A stretch of DNA of 64,000 nucleotides. Source: Nannocystis bainbridge (GTDB taxonomy: Bacteria; Myxococcota_A; Polyangia; Nannocystales; Nannocystaceae). Within the stretch, counting starts at the first letter, position 1, and each line of letters opens with the position of its first letter. The DNA lies in the NCBI RefSeq assembly GCF_028368995.1, contig NZ_JAQNDL010000002.1:320001-384000 (forward strand). The letters are read 5' to 3'. The notes below the pieces were generated by a model. It saw only the letters and a list, made by a program, of their open reading frames with translations. It was not told where the DNA came from and searched no databases. Shown here one piece after another: positions 1 through 9,955 of the stretch. The position numbers and the translations under genes were made by a program.

Positions 1-963
1 TACCTGCTGACCCGCTTCACCGAGCCCAACGAGATCTTCGGCCCGGTCGACATCCAGGCGTTCCGCCAGGGCACGTACCGCCGGCGCATCGAGAACATGC
101 TGCCCGAGGCCGAGGTCGTGTTCCTCGACGAGATCTTCAAGGCCAACAGCGCGATCCTCAACAGCCTGCTCACGCTGGTCAACGCGCGCCGCTTCACCCA
201 CGGCACCAGCACGGTGCGGGTGCCGCTCATCTCGCTGTTCGCGGCCAGCAACGAGGTCCCGACCGACGAGGCGCTGTCGGCGATCTTCGACCGCTTCCTG
301 CTGCGCGTGCGCTGCGACTACCTCGACAGCTATCACTTCCGCGGCCTGCTGCAGAAGGGCATCCAGCTCGAGGTGCAGCAGATGGCCGACGTGCAGGTCG
401 GGCGCAAGGTGGCGACCGCGGCCGAGCTGCTGTCGATCCAGCGCGACTTCAGCCAGCACGTGAAGATGAGCGAGGAGTTCCTCACCACCTTCAAGGGCAT
501 GGTGTTCCAGATCCGCTCGGAGGGCATCGGCCTGTCCGACCGCCGCGTGGTCAAGCTGCTCAAGGTGTTCGCCAGCTCGGCGCTGTTCGACGGCCGCGAC
601 CACGTCACCGACGCCGACCTGTTCATCCTCCGCCACGTGTGGAACACGCCGGAGCAGGAGGAGATTCTCCAGGAGATCGTCGGCCCGGTGCTCGACCGCT
701 GGTACGAGTCGCACCCGGACCACGGCCGGATCGGCGCCACGCCGACCAGCCTGCAAGACCTGCTCGAGGAGCTGCGGGTCATCCGCGAGACGCTCACCGG
801 CAGCCAGGTGCTGTCGGACATGCAGCTGTTCAGCCAGCTGCGCAACCTCGGCGACATCAAGGCGGCGCTGCTGCGCATGCAGGACAGCCCGACGGCCCAG
901 CGCATGGTCGGCGAGGTCGACAAGCTGCTCGAGACGATGTTCGCGTCGAGCCGGTTCGCCTGA
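1..963 (+). CDS. MoxR/RavA-family AAA+ ATPase (5' end lies outside the window)
   Basis: Frame 1 is open from base 1: YLLTRFTEPNEIFGP, Walker B VVFLDEIFKANSAILNSLL, ASNE, and arginine finger FDRFLLR. These match the RavA subfamily. Confidence 0.9.
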   Translation, partial: YLLTRFTEPNEIFGPVDIQAFRQGTYRRRIENMLPEAEVVFLDEIFKANSAILNSLLTLVNARRFTHGTSTVRVPLISLFAASNEVPTDEALSAIFDRFLLRVRCDYLDSYHFRGLLQKGIQLEVQQMADVQVGRKVATAAELLSIQRDFSQHVKMSEEFLTTFKGMVFQIRSEGIGLSDRRVVKLLKVFASSALFDGRDHVTDADLFILRHVWNTPEQEEILQEIVGPVLDRWYESHPDHGRIGATPTSLQDLLEELRVIRETLTGSQVLSDMQLFSQLRNLGDIKAALLRMQDSPTAQRMVGEVDKLLETMFASSRFA

Positions 964-973
964 GCGAGTGCCC

Positions 974-2578
974 ATGGCCGACGTCCGCAAGCCCCCGGTC
1001 CCGCCGCGCGCGTCGCCGCCTCAGCCGGCGCCGCCGCGGACGTCGCGGTCCTCGGCGGGCGCGCCGGCCCAGGCGCCGCGGGTGGCCCCGAACGTGGCCG
1101 AGCTCGAGCGCCAGGTCGGCAGCCTGGCGCTGTCGCAGATCGATGGCGCCGGGGCGCTGGCGATGATGCGGGCGCTGGTGTGGCAGGGCATCCTGGCGCG
1201 CCTCGGCGTGGCGGCGCCGCTGGTGGTGCTGCACGACCTGGGGTGCCTGATCACGGGCCTGGGCGGCCCGGGGCCGGTGGTCAAGGGCATCGCCGAGTCG
1301 GAGCTGTGCGAGGCCTGGCGCGGGCTGTTGGTCGAGCTCAGCGAGAGCGACCTGGTGCGCGCGCAGGCCGGCTGGAAGCACCGCGACCAGATGATCGGCG
1401 TGGTCCTGGCGCGGGTGTTCGCGCCGGTGGTCCCGCAGCTGCCCGACGACGTGCGGGTGCTGCGGCCGATCGAGCTGCCGGTCGACGCGGTCCACTACGC
1501 CAAGGTCGAGCCGAGCTCGGCGTACACCCGCTACGACCAGCGGCAGACGATCGCGTGGCTGCAGACGCTGACGACGCACCGGCTGTTGCCGCTGCTGGCG
1601 GTCGAGCAGATCGACGTCGACGCGCTGCGGCTGTTCGGGCTGTTCCGCGGCGGGCCCGGCGAGGCGGCCGCGGGCGTCGACCTGGCCGACCTCTACAACG
1701 TGATGGTCAGCCCGGCGCTGGCCGACGTGATCGACTTCTCGATGGAGCTCTTGCCGTCGATCCTCGAGGTCAAGCGCGAGGCCGGGCAGCAGGCGTTCTC
1801 GATCGACGGCTACGCGTCGATCGAGCGCTTCGGCGGGGTCGACGACCTCGAGCTGTCGCAGCTGGCGTACGACGAGGACATCTTCGAGCAGAAGTTCATC
1901 GACGACGAGCTGTTCTACTTCACCCACGAGAAGCAGGTGGAGACCGAGCACCGCACCCACTACGTGCTGGTCGACGGCTCGGCGTCGATGCGCGGGGTGC
2001 GGGAGGTGTTCGCCCGCGGGCTGGCGCTGGCGCTGTGCAAGCGGCTGGCGCTGCTCGGCGAGCACGTGATCCTGCGGTTCTTCGACAGCCGCCTGTACGA
2101 GGGCGTCAAGGTCGGCGCGCAGGGCCACGCCGAGGTGCCGTACGTGCTGCAGTTCCGCGCCGAGCACGGCCGCAACTACGCCCGCGTGATCCGCCAGATC
2201 AACGCCGAGCTGTCGGCCCCGCGCCGCTCGGGCGGCGGCGGCGGCGGCAAGGCGCTGGTCTACCTGCTGACGCACGGCGAGTGCCAGCTGCCGCCCGACG
2301 ACGTGGCCGCCCTGGCCGCGCGCGCGCCGATCTACGGGGTGTTCATCCTCCCGAGCTCGGGCGTGCTCGACCTCGGCTACCTCGACCTGTTCTACCGCGT
2401 GCACGTGATCGACGACCAGGCGATCAGCCACGGCCGCCGGGCCCAGCGCGCCCGCCAGATCATCAGCGACGTCGAGGCCGGCCAGCGCCAGGCCCAGCCG
2501 GTGCGCCGCAACACGGGTGGCGCAAAGACCATGTCCGTGGGGACAGGTCCGAAGGGACAGGGGCGGAGGCGGCGGTGA
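974..2578 (+). CDS. VWA-domain partner of the MoxR ATPase (ViaA-like)
   Basis: MIDAS-like VLVDGSASMRG, then RFFDS and LTHG. Lies directly after the ATPase. Confidence 0.8.
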   Translation: MADVRKPPVPPRASPPQPAPPRTSRSSAGAPAQAPRVAPNVAELERQVGSLALSQIDGAGALAMMRALVWQGILARLGVAAPLVVLHDLGCLITGLGGPGPVVKGIAESELCEAWRGLLVELSESDLVRAQAGWKHRDQMIGVVLARVFAPVVPQLPDDVRVLRPIELPVDAVHYAKVEPSSAYTRYDQRQTIAWLQTLTTHRLLPLLAVEQIDVDALRLFGLFRGGPGEAAAGVDLADLYNVMVSPALADVIDFSMELLPSILEVKREAGQQAFSIDGYASIERFGGVDDLELSQLAYDEDIFEQKFIDDELFYFTHEKQVETEHRTHYVLVDGSASMRGVREVFARGLALALCKRLALLGEHVILRFFDSRLYEGVKVGAQGHAEVPYVLQFRAEHGRNYARVIRQINAELSAPRRSGGGGGGKALVYLLTHGECQLPPDDVAALAARAPIYGVFILPSSGVLDLGYLDLFYRVHVIDDQAISHGRRAQRARQIISDVEAGQRQAQPVRRNTGGAKTMSVGTGPKGQGRRRR

Positions 2579-4407
2579 TCGACACCAACGTGCTGTGGAT
2601 CCGCGCCGAGGGGGCGCTGCGGGCCGGGCGTCACGCCGACGCCCAGATCTACCTGCGCCAGCTGGTCCAGGTCGTCGACCGCATCGACTTCGAGTACGAG
2701 GAGTGGCTGCGGGCCTACGTCGACTCGCTGCGGGCCACCGGCAACTGGGGCGAGGGCATGGCCTGCCTGTCGTACCTCGGCGCGCGCGAGATGCCGGGGC
2801 CCGACATCATGCGGCTGTACGCGCAGCGGGCCCAGGCCGGCGACGCCGACGCGATCCGCACGGTGCGGCTGTACGCGATCTATCTGTCGCGCGCCGGTCA
2901 GCACCGGCCGGCGGCCTCGTGGTTCGAGCTCGGCGGGATGCCGGTGCACCGCGCGATCGCCCTCGAGCGCGCCGGCGACGACGCGGCGGCCTCGCAGCTG
3001 TGGGCCCGCATGCTGGCCGGCGACGCGCTGGTCGACCGCGACTACGAGCGCGCGCTGATGAAGATCAACTACGCGCTGTGCCTGCGCCGCCTCGGCCACG
3101 AGCGGGCCCGCCAGGCCATCGCCGACGCGACCACCAGCGTCGAGGAGGTCGCCGACGCGTTCGAGAGCGAGGGCCTGCGCGAGCGCGCGTTCGACTGCTA
3201 CCAGCTGATCGCGCGCCTCGGCTCGGAGACGCGGGCGTTCGAGAACGTCGCCGAGGGCTACCTCAACAGCGTCCGGATCCTCCGCGACGACGGGCTCAAG
3301 CTCGACGCGCTGCGCCTCTACGAGACGTTCATCGCCATGGCCCGCGAGGCCGGCGAGTTCCACGCGGTGGCGTCGATCCTGCGCGAGGCCGCCGACTACT
3401 GCACGCGCTCGGGGCTGCCGTACGCCGACGACCTGCGCTGGCGCAGCGCCGAGGCGTGGATCAAGGCGGCGACCGAGGCGCTGGCCGCCGGGCACCCGCC
3501 GCAGATCATCGAGAACGCGTGCCTGGCCGCGGCCGAGGCGTTCGCGTCGGTGCGGGCGTTCCGTCAGGTCGCCGAGGCCTACCGCAAGGTCACGACGCTC
3601 GACCTGCCGGCCAAGAACCGCGAGCGAGCGCTGCGCCTGATCCGTCGCCTCGGCGACCAGCCCCAGGACGCGCCGCGGCCGATGCCGGTGCCCGAGTTCC
3701 TGCGCCAGCTGCCCGACTACGAGGAGGTCTGGTACGTCGACCTGGCCGAGTGGGAGCTCGGCGGCGACCCGGCGCTGGTGGCCGCGGGCGTGATGGCCGA
3801 CCGCCGCTTCCCCGACTACGTGCGCCGCCACGCGCTGCTGCTGGTGCTCGAGCTCGAGCGCCGCGGGCAGGCGGTGCCGCCGCTCGAGATCGTCAAGAGC
3901 CTGGCGGTGGTCCGCGCCTATCCGGTGATCGCCGGGCTCGAGGCGATGTACCGCCAGGGCGACGCGTCGCTGCGCGAGTCGGTGGCGGCGGCGATGGGGG
4001 CGCTCCGGTTCAAGCGCAGCTTCGGCCTGGTGTCGCAGGCGCTGCGCGACCCGAGCGCGCCGGTCCGCAAGGCGGCGGCGGCGTCGGTCGAGCGGCTGGT
4101 GTTCCCGCACGCGTTCGAGCCGCTGCGCCGGATCTTCGAGGCCCGCGACCTGCCCGACCCCGAGGCCGCTCGCAAGGCCGCGCTGGCCGCGATCGGCAAG
4201 ATCGGCAGCGTCGAGGCCCTGGACTTCCTGTGCGACCGCCTCCGCGAGGGCGAGCAGCCGTTCGTCAAGGTCGCCAGCACCGCCATCAGCGAGCTGCCCA
4301 ACTCGGAGCTGCTGCCGTACCTGCGGCGCCAGATCGAGTTCGTGCCGGCCGAGCACCGGGCTGTCCTCGAGGACACGGCGCAGCGGCTCGAGCACCGGCT
4401 GCGCTGA
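2575..4407 (+). CDS. TPR/SNAP-like helical protein with C-terminal HEAT repeats
   Basis: GTG start overlaps the previous stop (GTGA). The C-terminus has HEAT-like repeats (ALRDPSAPVRKAAAASV, ARKAALAAIGKIG). Confidence 0.75.
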   Translation: MIDTNVLWIRAEGALRAGRHADAQIYLRQLVQVVDRIDFEYEEWLRAYVDSLRATGNWGEGMACLSYLGAREMPGPDIMRLYAQRAQAGDADAIRTVRLYAIYLSRAGQHRPAASWFELGGMPVHRAIALERAGDDAAASQLWARMLAGDALVDRDYERALMKINYALCLRRLGHERARQAIADATTSVEEVADAFESEGLRERAFDCYQLIARLGSETRAFENVAEGYLNSVRILRDDGLKLDALRLYETFIAMAREAGEFHAVASILREAADYCTRSGLPYADDLRWRSAEAWIKAATEALAAGHPPQIIENACLAAAEAFASVRAFRQVAEAYRKVTTLDLPAKNRERALRLIRRLGDQPQDAPRPMPVPEFLRQLPDYEEVWYVDLAEWELGGDPALVAAGVMADRRFPDYVRRHALLLVLELERRGQAVPPLEIVKSLAVVRAYPVIAGLEAMYRQGDASLRESVAAAMGALRFKRSFGLVSQALRDPSAPVRKAAAASVERLVFPHAFEPLRRIFEARDLPDPEAARKAALAAIGKIGSVEALDFLCDRLREGEQPFVKVASTAISELPNSELLPYLRRQIEFVPAEHRAVLEDTAQRLEHRLR

Positions 4408-4463
4408 GGCTCGCGCGCGCTGCCCGTTCGCGCCGCGCGTGGTAGCTTCGCGGGCGGCGCAGC

Positions 4464-4838
4464 ATGCACGACACGGTCCACTGCCACGGCCTCCAGCTGA
4501 CTGTCGGGATCGGCTTCCACACGGCCGAGCTCGACATCACCCAGACCGTGAGCGTCGACCTGGCGATCGCGTGCGACTTCGGCCGCGGCCCGGCGCGCGA
4601 CGAGTTCACCGGCCTCGTCGACTACTTCGAGCTCGTGCAGCAGCTCGAGCGCCACGTGGCCGGCCGGCGCTACGCGCTGATCGAGGCGCTCGCCGTCGAC
4701 CTCGCGCGCGAGGTGGTGCGTTTGTACCCGCCCGTGCAGGTGCGCGTGAAGGTGACGAAGCGGCCGCTGGCGATGCCGCAGGTCGCGGCGGTCGCGGTCG
4801 AGTGCGTGCGCTCGGCGGCCGATTTCGCCGGCGAGTGA
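4464..4838 (+). CDS. folB: Dihydroneopterin aldolase
   Basis: IGFHTAE...QTVSVDL, VDYFEL, YALIEALA and VKVTK motifs; 124 aa. Confidence 0.85.
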   Translation: MHDTVHCHGLQLTVGIGFHTAELDITQTVSVDLAIACDFGRGPARDEFTGLVDYFELVQQLERHVAGRRYALIEALAVDLAREVVRLYPPVQVRVKVTKRPLAMPQVAAVAVECVRSAADFAGE

Positions 4839-4941
4839 CGGCGCGGCCCGCCCCGCGCGGCTGTGCGCCGCAGCGAGCGGCGACGCGCGCCGCTTCGAGG
4901 TCGCGCTGGACCGCGAGGGCGTTCGGCGGTACGACGGCCGC

Positions 4942-5484
4942 ATGCCCGTCTGGTTGACGCTCATTTGGTTGCTCTTCGCCGCCGGAGGAGTCTGGTTCTT
5001 CTTGAACCTGCACTACCAGCGGACGACCGCGATCGACGCGTGGGACCGGTCGCCCGCGGGCAAGCTCCACCGCGAGGCGCTGGCGTCGTGGCTGCTCTGC
5101 AAGGCGCGCGTCGAGGAGGCCGTGCCGACCGGAGAGCCGCCGGTGATCCGGGCGGCGACGGAGAGCAAGCGGATGACGTCCGGGCGGCTGATCCACGTGT
5201 ACGTCCGCGAGGAGCGGCGACCGATGCGGATCCGGGCCCGCTTGCTGCCGATCGGCGGCGGTGAGGTCGAGGCCGAGGCGTTCGTCCCGATCATCACCGA
5301 GGAGCTGGCCGAGCTGACGCCCGGAAAGATCCTCAGCGTGCTCTACGACCCGAAGGACCCCAGCCGGTTCTGGATCGACACGGCGCGGCGCGACGAGACG
5401 CTGATCGACGCGGTCACGATGCGCACGCGCGCGGCAGAGGAAAACCTCCGCGCGGCCCAGGCGTTCTCGTCGGGCCAGGGCTGA
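4942..5484 (+). CDS. Hypothetical membrane-anchored protein (DUF3592-like OB-fold)
   Basis: N-terminal TM helix; C-terminal PGKILSVLYDPKDPSR motif. Confidence 0.6.
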   Translation: MPVWLTLIWLLFAAGGVWFFLNLHYQRTTAIDAWDRSPAGKLHREALASWLLCKARVEEAVPTGEPPVIRAATESKRMTSGRLIHVYVREERRPMRIRARLLPIGGGEVEAEAFVPIITEELAELTPGKILSVLYDPKDPSRFWIDTARRDETLIDAVTMRTRAAEENLRAAQAFSSGQG

Positions 5485-5519
5485 CGGACCTGCGCGAGCC
5501 GGAGAGTGGCTGCTCGAGA

Positions 5520-5556
5520 GGACATGTCCTGATAGACATGTCCTCTGGGGCATGTA
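5520..5556. repeat. Phased array of the 14-bp TGTCY-N4-RGACA element
   Basis: CATG cores at 5523, 5537 and 5551 (14-bp period), intergenic. Confidence 0.85.
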
Positions 5557-5887
5557 CGAGGCCTGGCGGGCGCCTCGCCCGGGTCGTGCGCGCCGCGACG
5601 CGCGGGGGTAAATCCGAGGTCGGCCGGCAGCAGCGCGGCGGCAGCCGAGCACGTCGCGGCCGCACGCACGGCCTGCGGACGGCGGAGGCGAGCGCAGGGC
5701 CGAGGCGCGGGCGGCCGCGCAGGTGGCCGCGATCACGGCGCGCCGCCGCCCAGGGGCGCGGCCCGCTTTTCCAGAAATCACGCGCAGATGGCCGTTTGGC
5801 GGGACCCGGCCGACGAACGCGGTTCGTGTGACATCAACGGAAATTGAGGTGCCGGTCGTCCGACCGCCGCCATCTTGGTGATCGATC

Positions 5888-6460
5888 ATGCGTCCCAACG
5901 TCGTCCTGTACCTCGCCGTGGCGCTCGCGGCGTCCTGTGGTGAAAAGGAGAAACAAGGCGTGGCCGCCACCGACGGCGACGCCGGGCCAGGGCCGATGGT
6001 GCCGATCGTGGACCCGACCGGCACGACCGTCGCTTCGACCACGACCGAGGCGGAGACCACGACGACCACGAGCACGACCACGACCGGCGATACGAGCACG
6101 ACCACCACGACGGGCGAGACGACCGGCCCGCCGCCAGCCGAGACCGAGGGCCAGCCGTGCATGTTCAACGCCAACTGCCCGGCGACGGCGCAGTTCTGCG
6201 TGTTCGGCGAGTGCCACGACGGCAGCGAGGGCGACCCGTGCGAGTTCCACGGCGAGTGCAGCGCCGCGGCGCCGCGCTGCATCATGGGCGTGTGCTACGA
6301 CGGCAGCGAGGGCGACGCGTGCAAGACGGACACCGATTGCTCCGAGAGCGCGACGCACTGCGTGTACGGGGCCTGCTACGACGGCAGCGAGTTCGACCCG
6401 TGCGAGTTCACCAAGGACTGCATGGACCTCTCGAGCTGCGAGAACAACCAGTGCGTGTGA
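5888..6460 (+). CDS. Lipoprotein with Thr-rich linker and Cys-rich repeats
   Basis: Lipobox LAASC, poly-Thr linker, repeated C-x5-C...CVxGxCxDGSEGDxC units. Confidence 0.8.
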   Translation: MRPNVVLYLAVALAASCGEKEKQGVAATDGDAGPGPMVPIVDPTGTTVASTTTEAETTTTTSTTTTGDTSTTTTTGETTGPPPAETEGQPCMFNANCPATAQFCVFGECHDGSEGDPCEFHGECSAAAPRCIMGVCYDGSEGDACKTDTDCSESATHCVYGACYDGSEFDPCEFTKDCMDLSSCENNQCV

Positions 6461-6517
6461 CGGCGGTCAAGCTGTCCTGAAGGACAGATCGGAGAGCGGG
6501 GCCAGGGCGCAATGATA

Positions 6518-6541
6518 GGACATGACCTTCGGGTCATGTCC
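6518..6541. repeat. Perfect hairpin GGACATGACC-TTCG-GGTCATGTCC (element variant; possible terminator)
   Basis: 10-bp perfect stem with a TTCG loop between convergent genes. Another element copy lies at 6473-6486. Confidence 0.7.
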
Positions 6542-6590
6542 CATCAATTCCGGGATTGTGTCCGGACGCGCCCGGCGAGGGCGGCGCTGT

Positions 6591-8696
6591 TCACTCGGCC
6601 ATGCCGTCGAGCAGGTAGTTCTTCATGAACAGGATCGTCGCGTACATCTGGTAGTCCTGGTTGCGCTTCTTCTGGAAGCCGTGGCCCTCGTCCTTGCCCT
6701 CGAGGTACCACACCGGCGTGCCGCCCCGCTTGAGCGTGGCGACGATCTGGTGGGCCTCGCTGGCCGGCACGCGCGGGTCGTTCTTGCCCTGGATGACGAA
6801 CAGCGGCTTCTTGATCTCGGCGGCGCGGGTGAGCGGCGAGATCTCGAGCAGCTTCTTGCGCAGCTCGGGGTCGCGCTCGTCGCCGTACTCGACGCGGCGG
6901 AGGTCGCGGCGGTAGGCCTCGGTGTTCTCGAGGAAGGTGACGAAGTTGCTGATGCCGACGATGTCGACGGCGCAGCGGATCCGGTCGGCGAAGTGGACCG
7001 AGGCGGCGAGGGTCATGTAACCGCCGTAGGAGCCGCCCATGATCATGACGCGCTCGGCGTCGAGCTCGGCCCGGCCGGCGATCCAGTCGAGCGCGGCGCC
7101 GAGGTCCTTGACCGAGTCCTCGCGCTGGGCGCCGTTGTCGAGCCGCACGTAGGTCTTGCCGTAGCCGGTCGAGCCGCGCACGTTGGGGTAGAGCAGGGCG
7201 ACGCCGAGCTCGTTGAGGTAGTAGTTGTTGCGGGCGATGAAGCCGCTCTGCGACTGACCCTCGGGGCCGCCGTGGACGATGACGACGACGGGGCGCGGGC
7301 CGGTGAACCGCGCCGCCGGCTTGTAGTAGAAGCCGGGGATGTCGCGCCCGTCGAAGCTCTTCCAGGTGACGAGCTCGGGCTCGCTGAAAGTGGTGGGATT
7401 GAGGGTGCCGACCTCGCTCTCGGTCCAGCGCTCGATCTCGCCGGAGCGCACGTCGAGCACGTAGGTGTCGGCCGGCGAGCGCGCGGACGACAGGGTGAAG
7501 GCCAGCAGCTTGCCGTCGGCGTGGAAGGTGAGGCTGCCGATCGCGCCGGCCGGCAGGCGGGTCTTGATCGGTCGCTCGCGCCCGCTCGGCAGGTCGTGCA
7601 GGCGCAGGCGATCGACGCCGCCCTCGTTGACGACCGAGGCGAGCTGCTTGCGGTCCTTGCTGATGGCGAAGAAATCGACGTCCCACGGCACGGGCGGGCC
7701 GAGCGGGGTGGTCTGCTTGCTGGCGAGGTCGAGGGTGACGAGCTCGCGGAACTCGCCCTTGCCGTCGGTGGTGGTGATGACGCCCTTGCCGTCGGCGGTG
7801 AAGGCGGCGCCCGACCAGGCGACGGGGATGTCACCTGTCTTTTCGGTCAGCTTGGTGCGCTGGCCGGTGGCGAGGTCGAACAGCCACAGATAGGTCTCGT
7901 TGACCGAGAGGTTCTCGCTCGCCAACAGCAGGTTGCCGTCGACGGAGAAGTCTTCGGGATCCCAGCCGCCGCCCTCGACCTCGGCGACCAGCTTGTCGGT
8001 GCTCGGGTCGCGCGGGTCGACGACGTAGAAGTCGGTGTCCTTCTTGTTGCGCCGGGTCGAGGTGTAGGCGAACTTCTCGCCGTCGCGGGTCCACGGGCCG
8101 AGGCTGTTCTTCGAGGCGCCGTCGGTGAGCAGGGTGAGCTTGCCGTCGGCGCGATCGAAGCGCCAGTTCTGCGCGAACTCGTTGCCGCCGATGTCCTTCG
8201 AGAGCACGAAGAAGCTGCCGTCGCCGACCGGCGGATAGGTGGCCGCGCCGACGCGGTCGGGGAAGAAGGTCAGCTGGCGCCGATCGCCGCCGGCCAGCTT
8301 GACCTCGTGGATCTGGTCGGTGTCGGCGAAGCGAGTCCGGATCAGCAGCGAGTGATCCTTCGGGTGCCACTTCAAGGCGACGGCCGAGCGCGCCTCGGAG
8401 TAGGTGCCGACGCCGTCGGCGATCGCCCGCGGGATCGGCGGGATGTTCTCGGCGAGCAAGCTGTCAGGCATGCTGACGATGTCGTCGTCGGGCGACGGGT
8501 CGCCAGGGACGAGGACCGGCGGGGCGTCGGATTTGCCTTCGCGCGGCTTGCCGTCAGTGGGCGGAGCATCGGCCTTGTCGGCCGGCTGGGCGTGCTTGGC
8601 CGCGATGGGGGCGACCTTGGGGGCGTCCTTCGGCGGCGGTGCGTCGCAAGCAGCAGCGGCGAGGAGGAAGAGGCAGACGCGAGGCGAGGTCGGCAT
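6591..8696 (-). CDS. S9-family (prolyl oligopeptidase/acylaminoacyl peptidase) lipoprotein
   Basis: HGGPE, nucleophile GGSYGG, QGKNDPRVP and DEGHGF triad motifs, beta-propeller region, lipobox AAAAC. Confidence 0.9.
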   Translation of the reverse strand: MPTSPRVCLFLLAAAACDAPPPKDAPKVAPIAAKHAQPADKADAPPTDGKPREGKSDAPPVLVPGDPSPDDDIVSMPDSLLAENIPPIPRAIADGVGTYSEARSAVALKWHPKDHSLLIRTRFADTDQIHEVKLAGGDRRQLTFFPDRVGAATYPPVGDGSFFVLSKDIGGNEFAQNWRFDRADGKLTLLTDGASKNSLGPWTRDGEKFAYTSTRRNKKDTDFYVVDPRDPSTDKLVAEVEGGGWDPEDFSVDGNLLLASENLSVNETYLWLFDLATGQRTKLTEKTGDIPVAWSGAAFTADGKGVITTTDGKGEFRELVTLDLASKQTTPLGPPVPWDVDFFAISKDRKQLASVVNEGGVDRLRLHDLPSGRERPIKTRLPAGAIGSLTFHADGKLLAFTLSSARSPADTYVLDVRSGEIERWTESEVGTLNPTTFSEPELVTWKSFDGRDIPGFYYKPAARFTGPRPVVVIVHGGPEGQSQSGFIARNNYYLNELGVALLYPNVRGSTGYGKTYVRLDNGAQREDSVKDLGAALDWIAGRAELDAERVMIMGGSYGGYMTLAASVHFADRIRCAVDIVGISNFVTFLENTEAYRRDLRRVEYGDERDPELRKKLLEISPLTRAAEIKKPLFVIQGKNDPRVPASEAHQIVATLKRGGTPVWYLEGKDEGHGFQKKRNQDYQMYATILFMKNYLLDGMAE

Positions 8697-8973
8697 GCGG
8701 GCGCGACTATAACCGAGGGGCCGGCCGCCCGTGAGCGCGGGGCAGCGGATGGTGAAGATGCCGTGGGAGGAGGCGCGGGGCGAGAATTCGCGGGATGGCG
8801 GGGCGGACGCTGCGCCGCGAATGTGACAGCGTGGGCGTCGTGCGGCCGATGATGCTCGACGGCGAAAGCCCAGACGAGAGGCTGGCCTTCGGGACAGCCT
8901 CGACACGATGCTGGGTGCCGTCCGAGCGCGACGTGCCTGACGGCCACCGACGTGACATGCTGGCGTGCGAACG

Positions 8974-9525
8974 ATGGTCGACAAGACGACGCATTTCGGG
9001 CGAGCCGGGGAGTTTTACGCGATGTCGGAGCTGCTGCTCCGCGGCTGGAACGTGGCGGTGCCGGTCATCGACCTGGGCGACGACGTGTTCGTGATCGACG
9101 ACCGGGACAAGACGATCCGGCGGGTCCAGGTGAAGTCGACGGAGGCGAAGCCACTCTCCGCGGAGGCAAACACGTGGGAGGCCACATTCAACCTGTCGCG
9201 CGCGCAGCTGCGGACGGCCCAGCCGATCGAGCTCTATTACATGTTTCTCGTGCGATACCCGCGGTCTTGGCGATTCTTGCTGATACCGCGCCCGGAGCTG
9301 CTGGCGATTCGCAACGGGAGGACCGTCTCGCCGCGAGCGGGTGCGGGCCGTCCCGCGCTCACGGACGGGCAGGCGAGGACTGACGCGCTCGGGCTCACTG
9401 TCACGATCCAGGGCAGCTCCGCGTCCGGCTGGGAGGCGGTGCTGGACCGCTACCTGGACGCCTGGCCGGCCGATTTGCCGGTCGTCGTCGACGGTCCGGG
9501 GACCGCGAGGACCGGGGGGACGTGA
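8974..9525 (+). CDS. PD-(D/E)xK-superfamily nuclease-like protein
   Basis: GRAGE...LLLRGWNV...D-x-GDD...RVQVKS resembles the Holliday-junction-resolvase/restriction endonuclease core. Confidence 0.6.
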   Translation: MVDKTTHFGRAGEFYAMSELLLRGWNVAVPVIDLGDDVFVIDDRDKTIRRVQVKSTEAKPLSAEANTWEATFNLSRAQLRTAQPIELYYMFLVRYPRSWRFLLIPRPELLAIRNGRTVSPRAGAGRPALTDGQARTDALGLTVTIQGSSASGWEAVLDRYLDAWPADLPVVVDGPGTARTGGT

Positions 9526-9526
9526 G

Positions 9527-9826
9527 CTACGCGGCCGACCGCGGCAGGTCCCGGTCGCTGACCGGATCGCGGAAGACGACGCGCCCCAGCTTCTCCAGGC
9601 GGCTCTCCGACAGGCCGGTCAAGAGCATGACGATCTGCTCGGCGATCGAGGCCTGGACCCGCTCGTGATCGTCGCGAGTCTCGTGAGCGATGAACACACG
9701 GCTCCGCGGATGGAGCGCCTCGCCGAACTCGGAACGCAGGCGGGTCAACGAGCCGGGTTCGAGGGCGAAGGTCGCTCCGTCGCGATTGGAGCTCCGGTAG
9801 ATGACGATCGGCTCGGAAGCATCCAT
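9527..9826 (-). CDS. Small hypothetical protein
   Basis: ORF MDASEPIVIYRSS... with globular composition fills the gap between neighbours. Confidence 0.55.
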   Translation of the reverse strand: MDASEPIVIYRSSNRDGATFALEPGSLTRLRSEFGEALHPRSRVFIAHETRDDHERVQASIAEQIVMLLTGLSESRLEKLGRVVFRDPVSDRDLPRSAA

Positions 9827-9955
9827 GGACCGAGTATGGAGCGAAGCGCGCACCGCTGCAACCGAGCGAGGCGAGGGTGGTTTTGTCGTAGCGCCCGGCG
9901 CGCTGTCGTTTTGCTATCCTCGCGGTCTCGGCCGTCGCTCGGCGGCGCCGCACGC

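Noticed and set aside
1180-2574. N-terminal half of the 1075-aa ORF
   Set aside because: It is an Arg/Ala/Gly-rich off-frame shadow of the VWA gene. The real start is GTG 2575.
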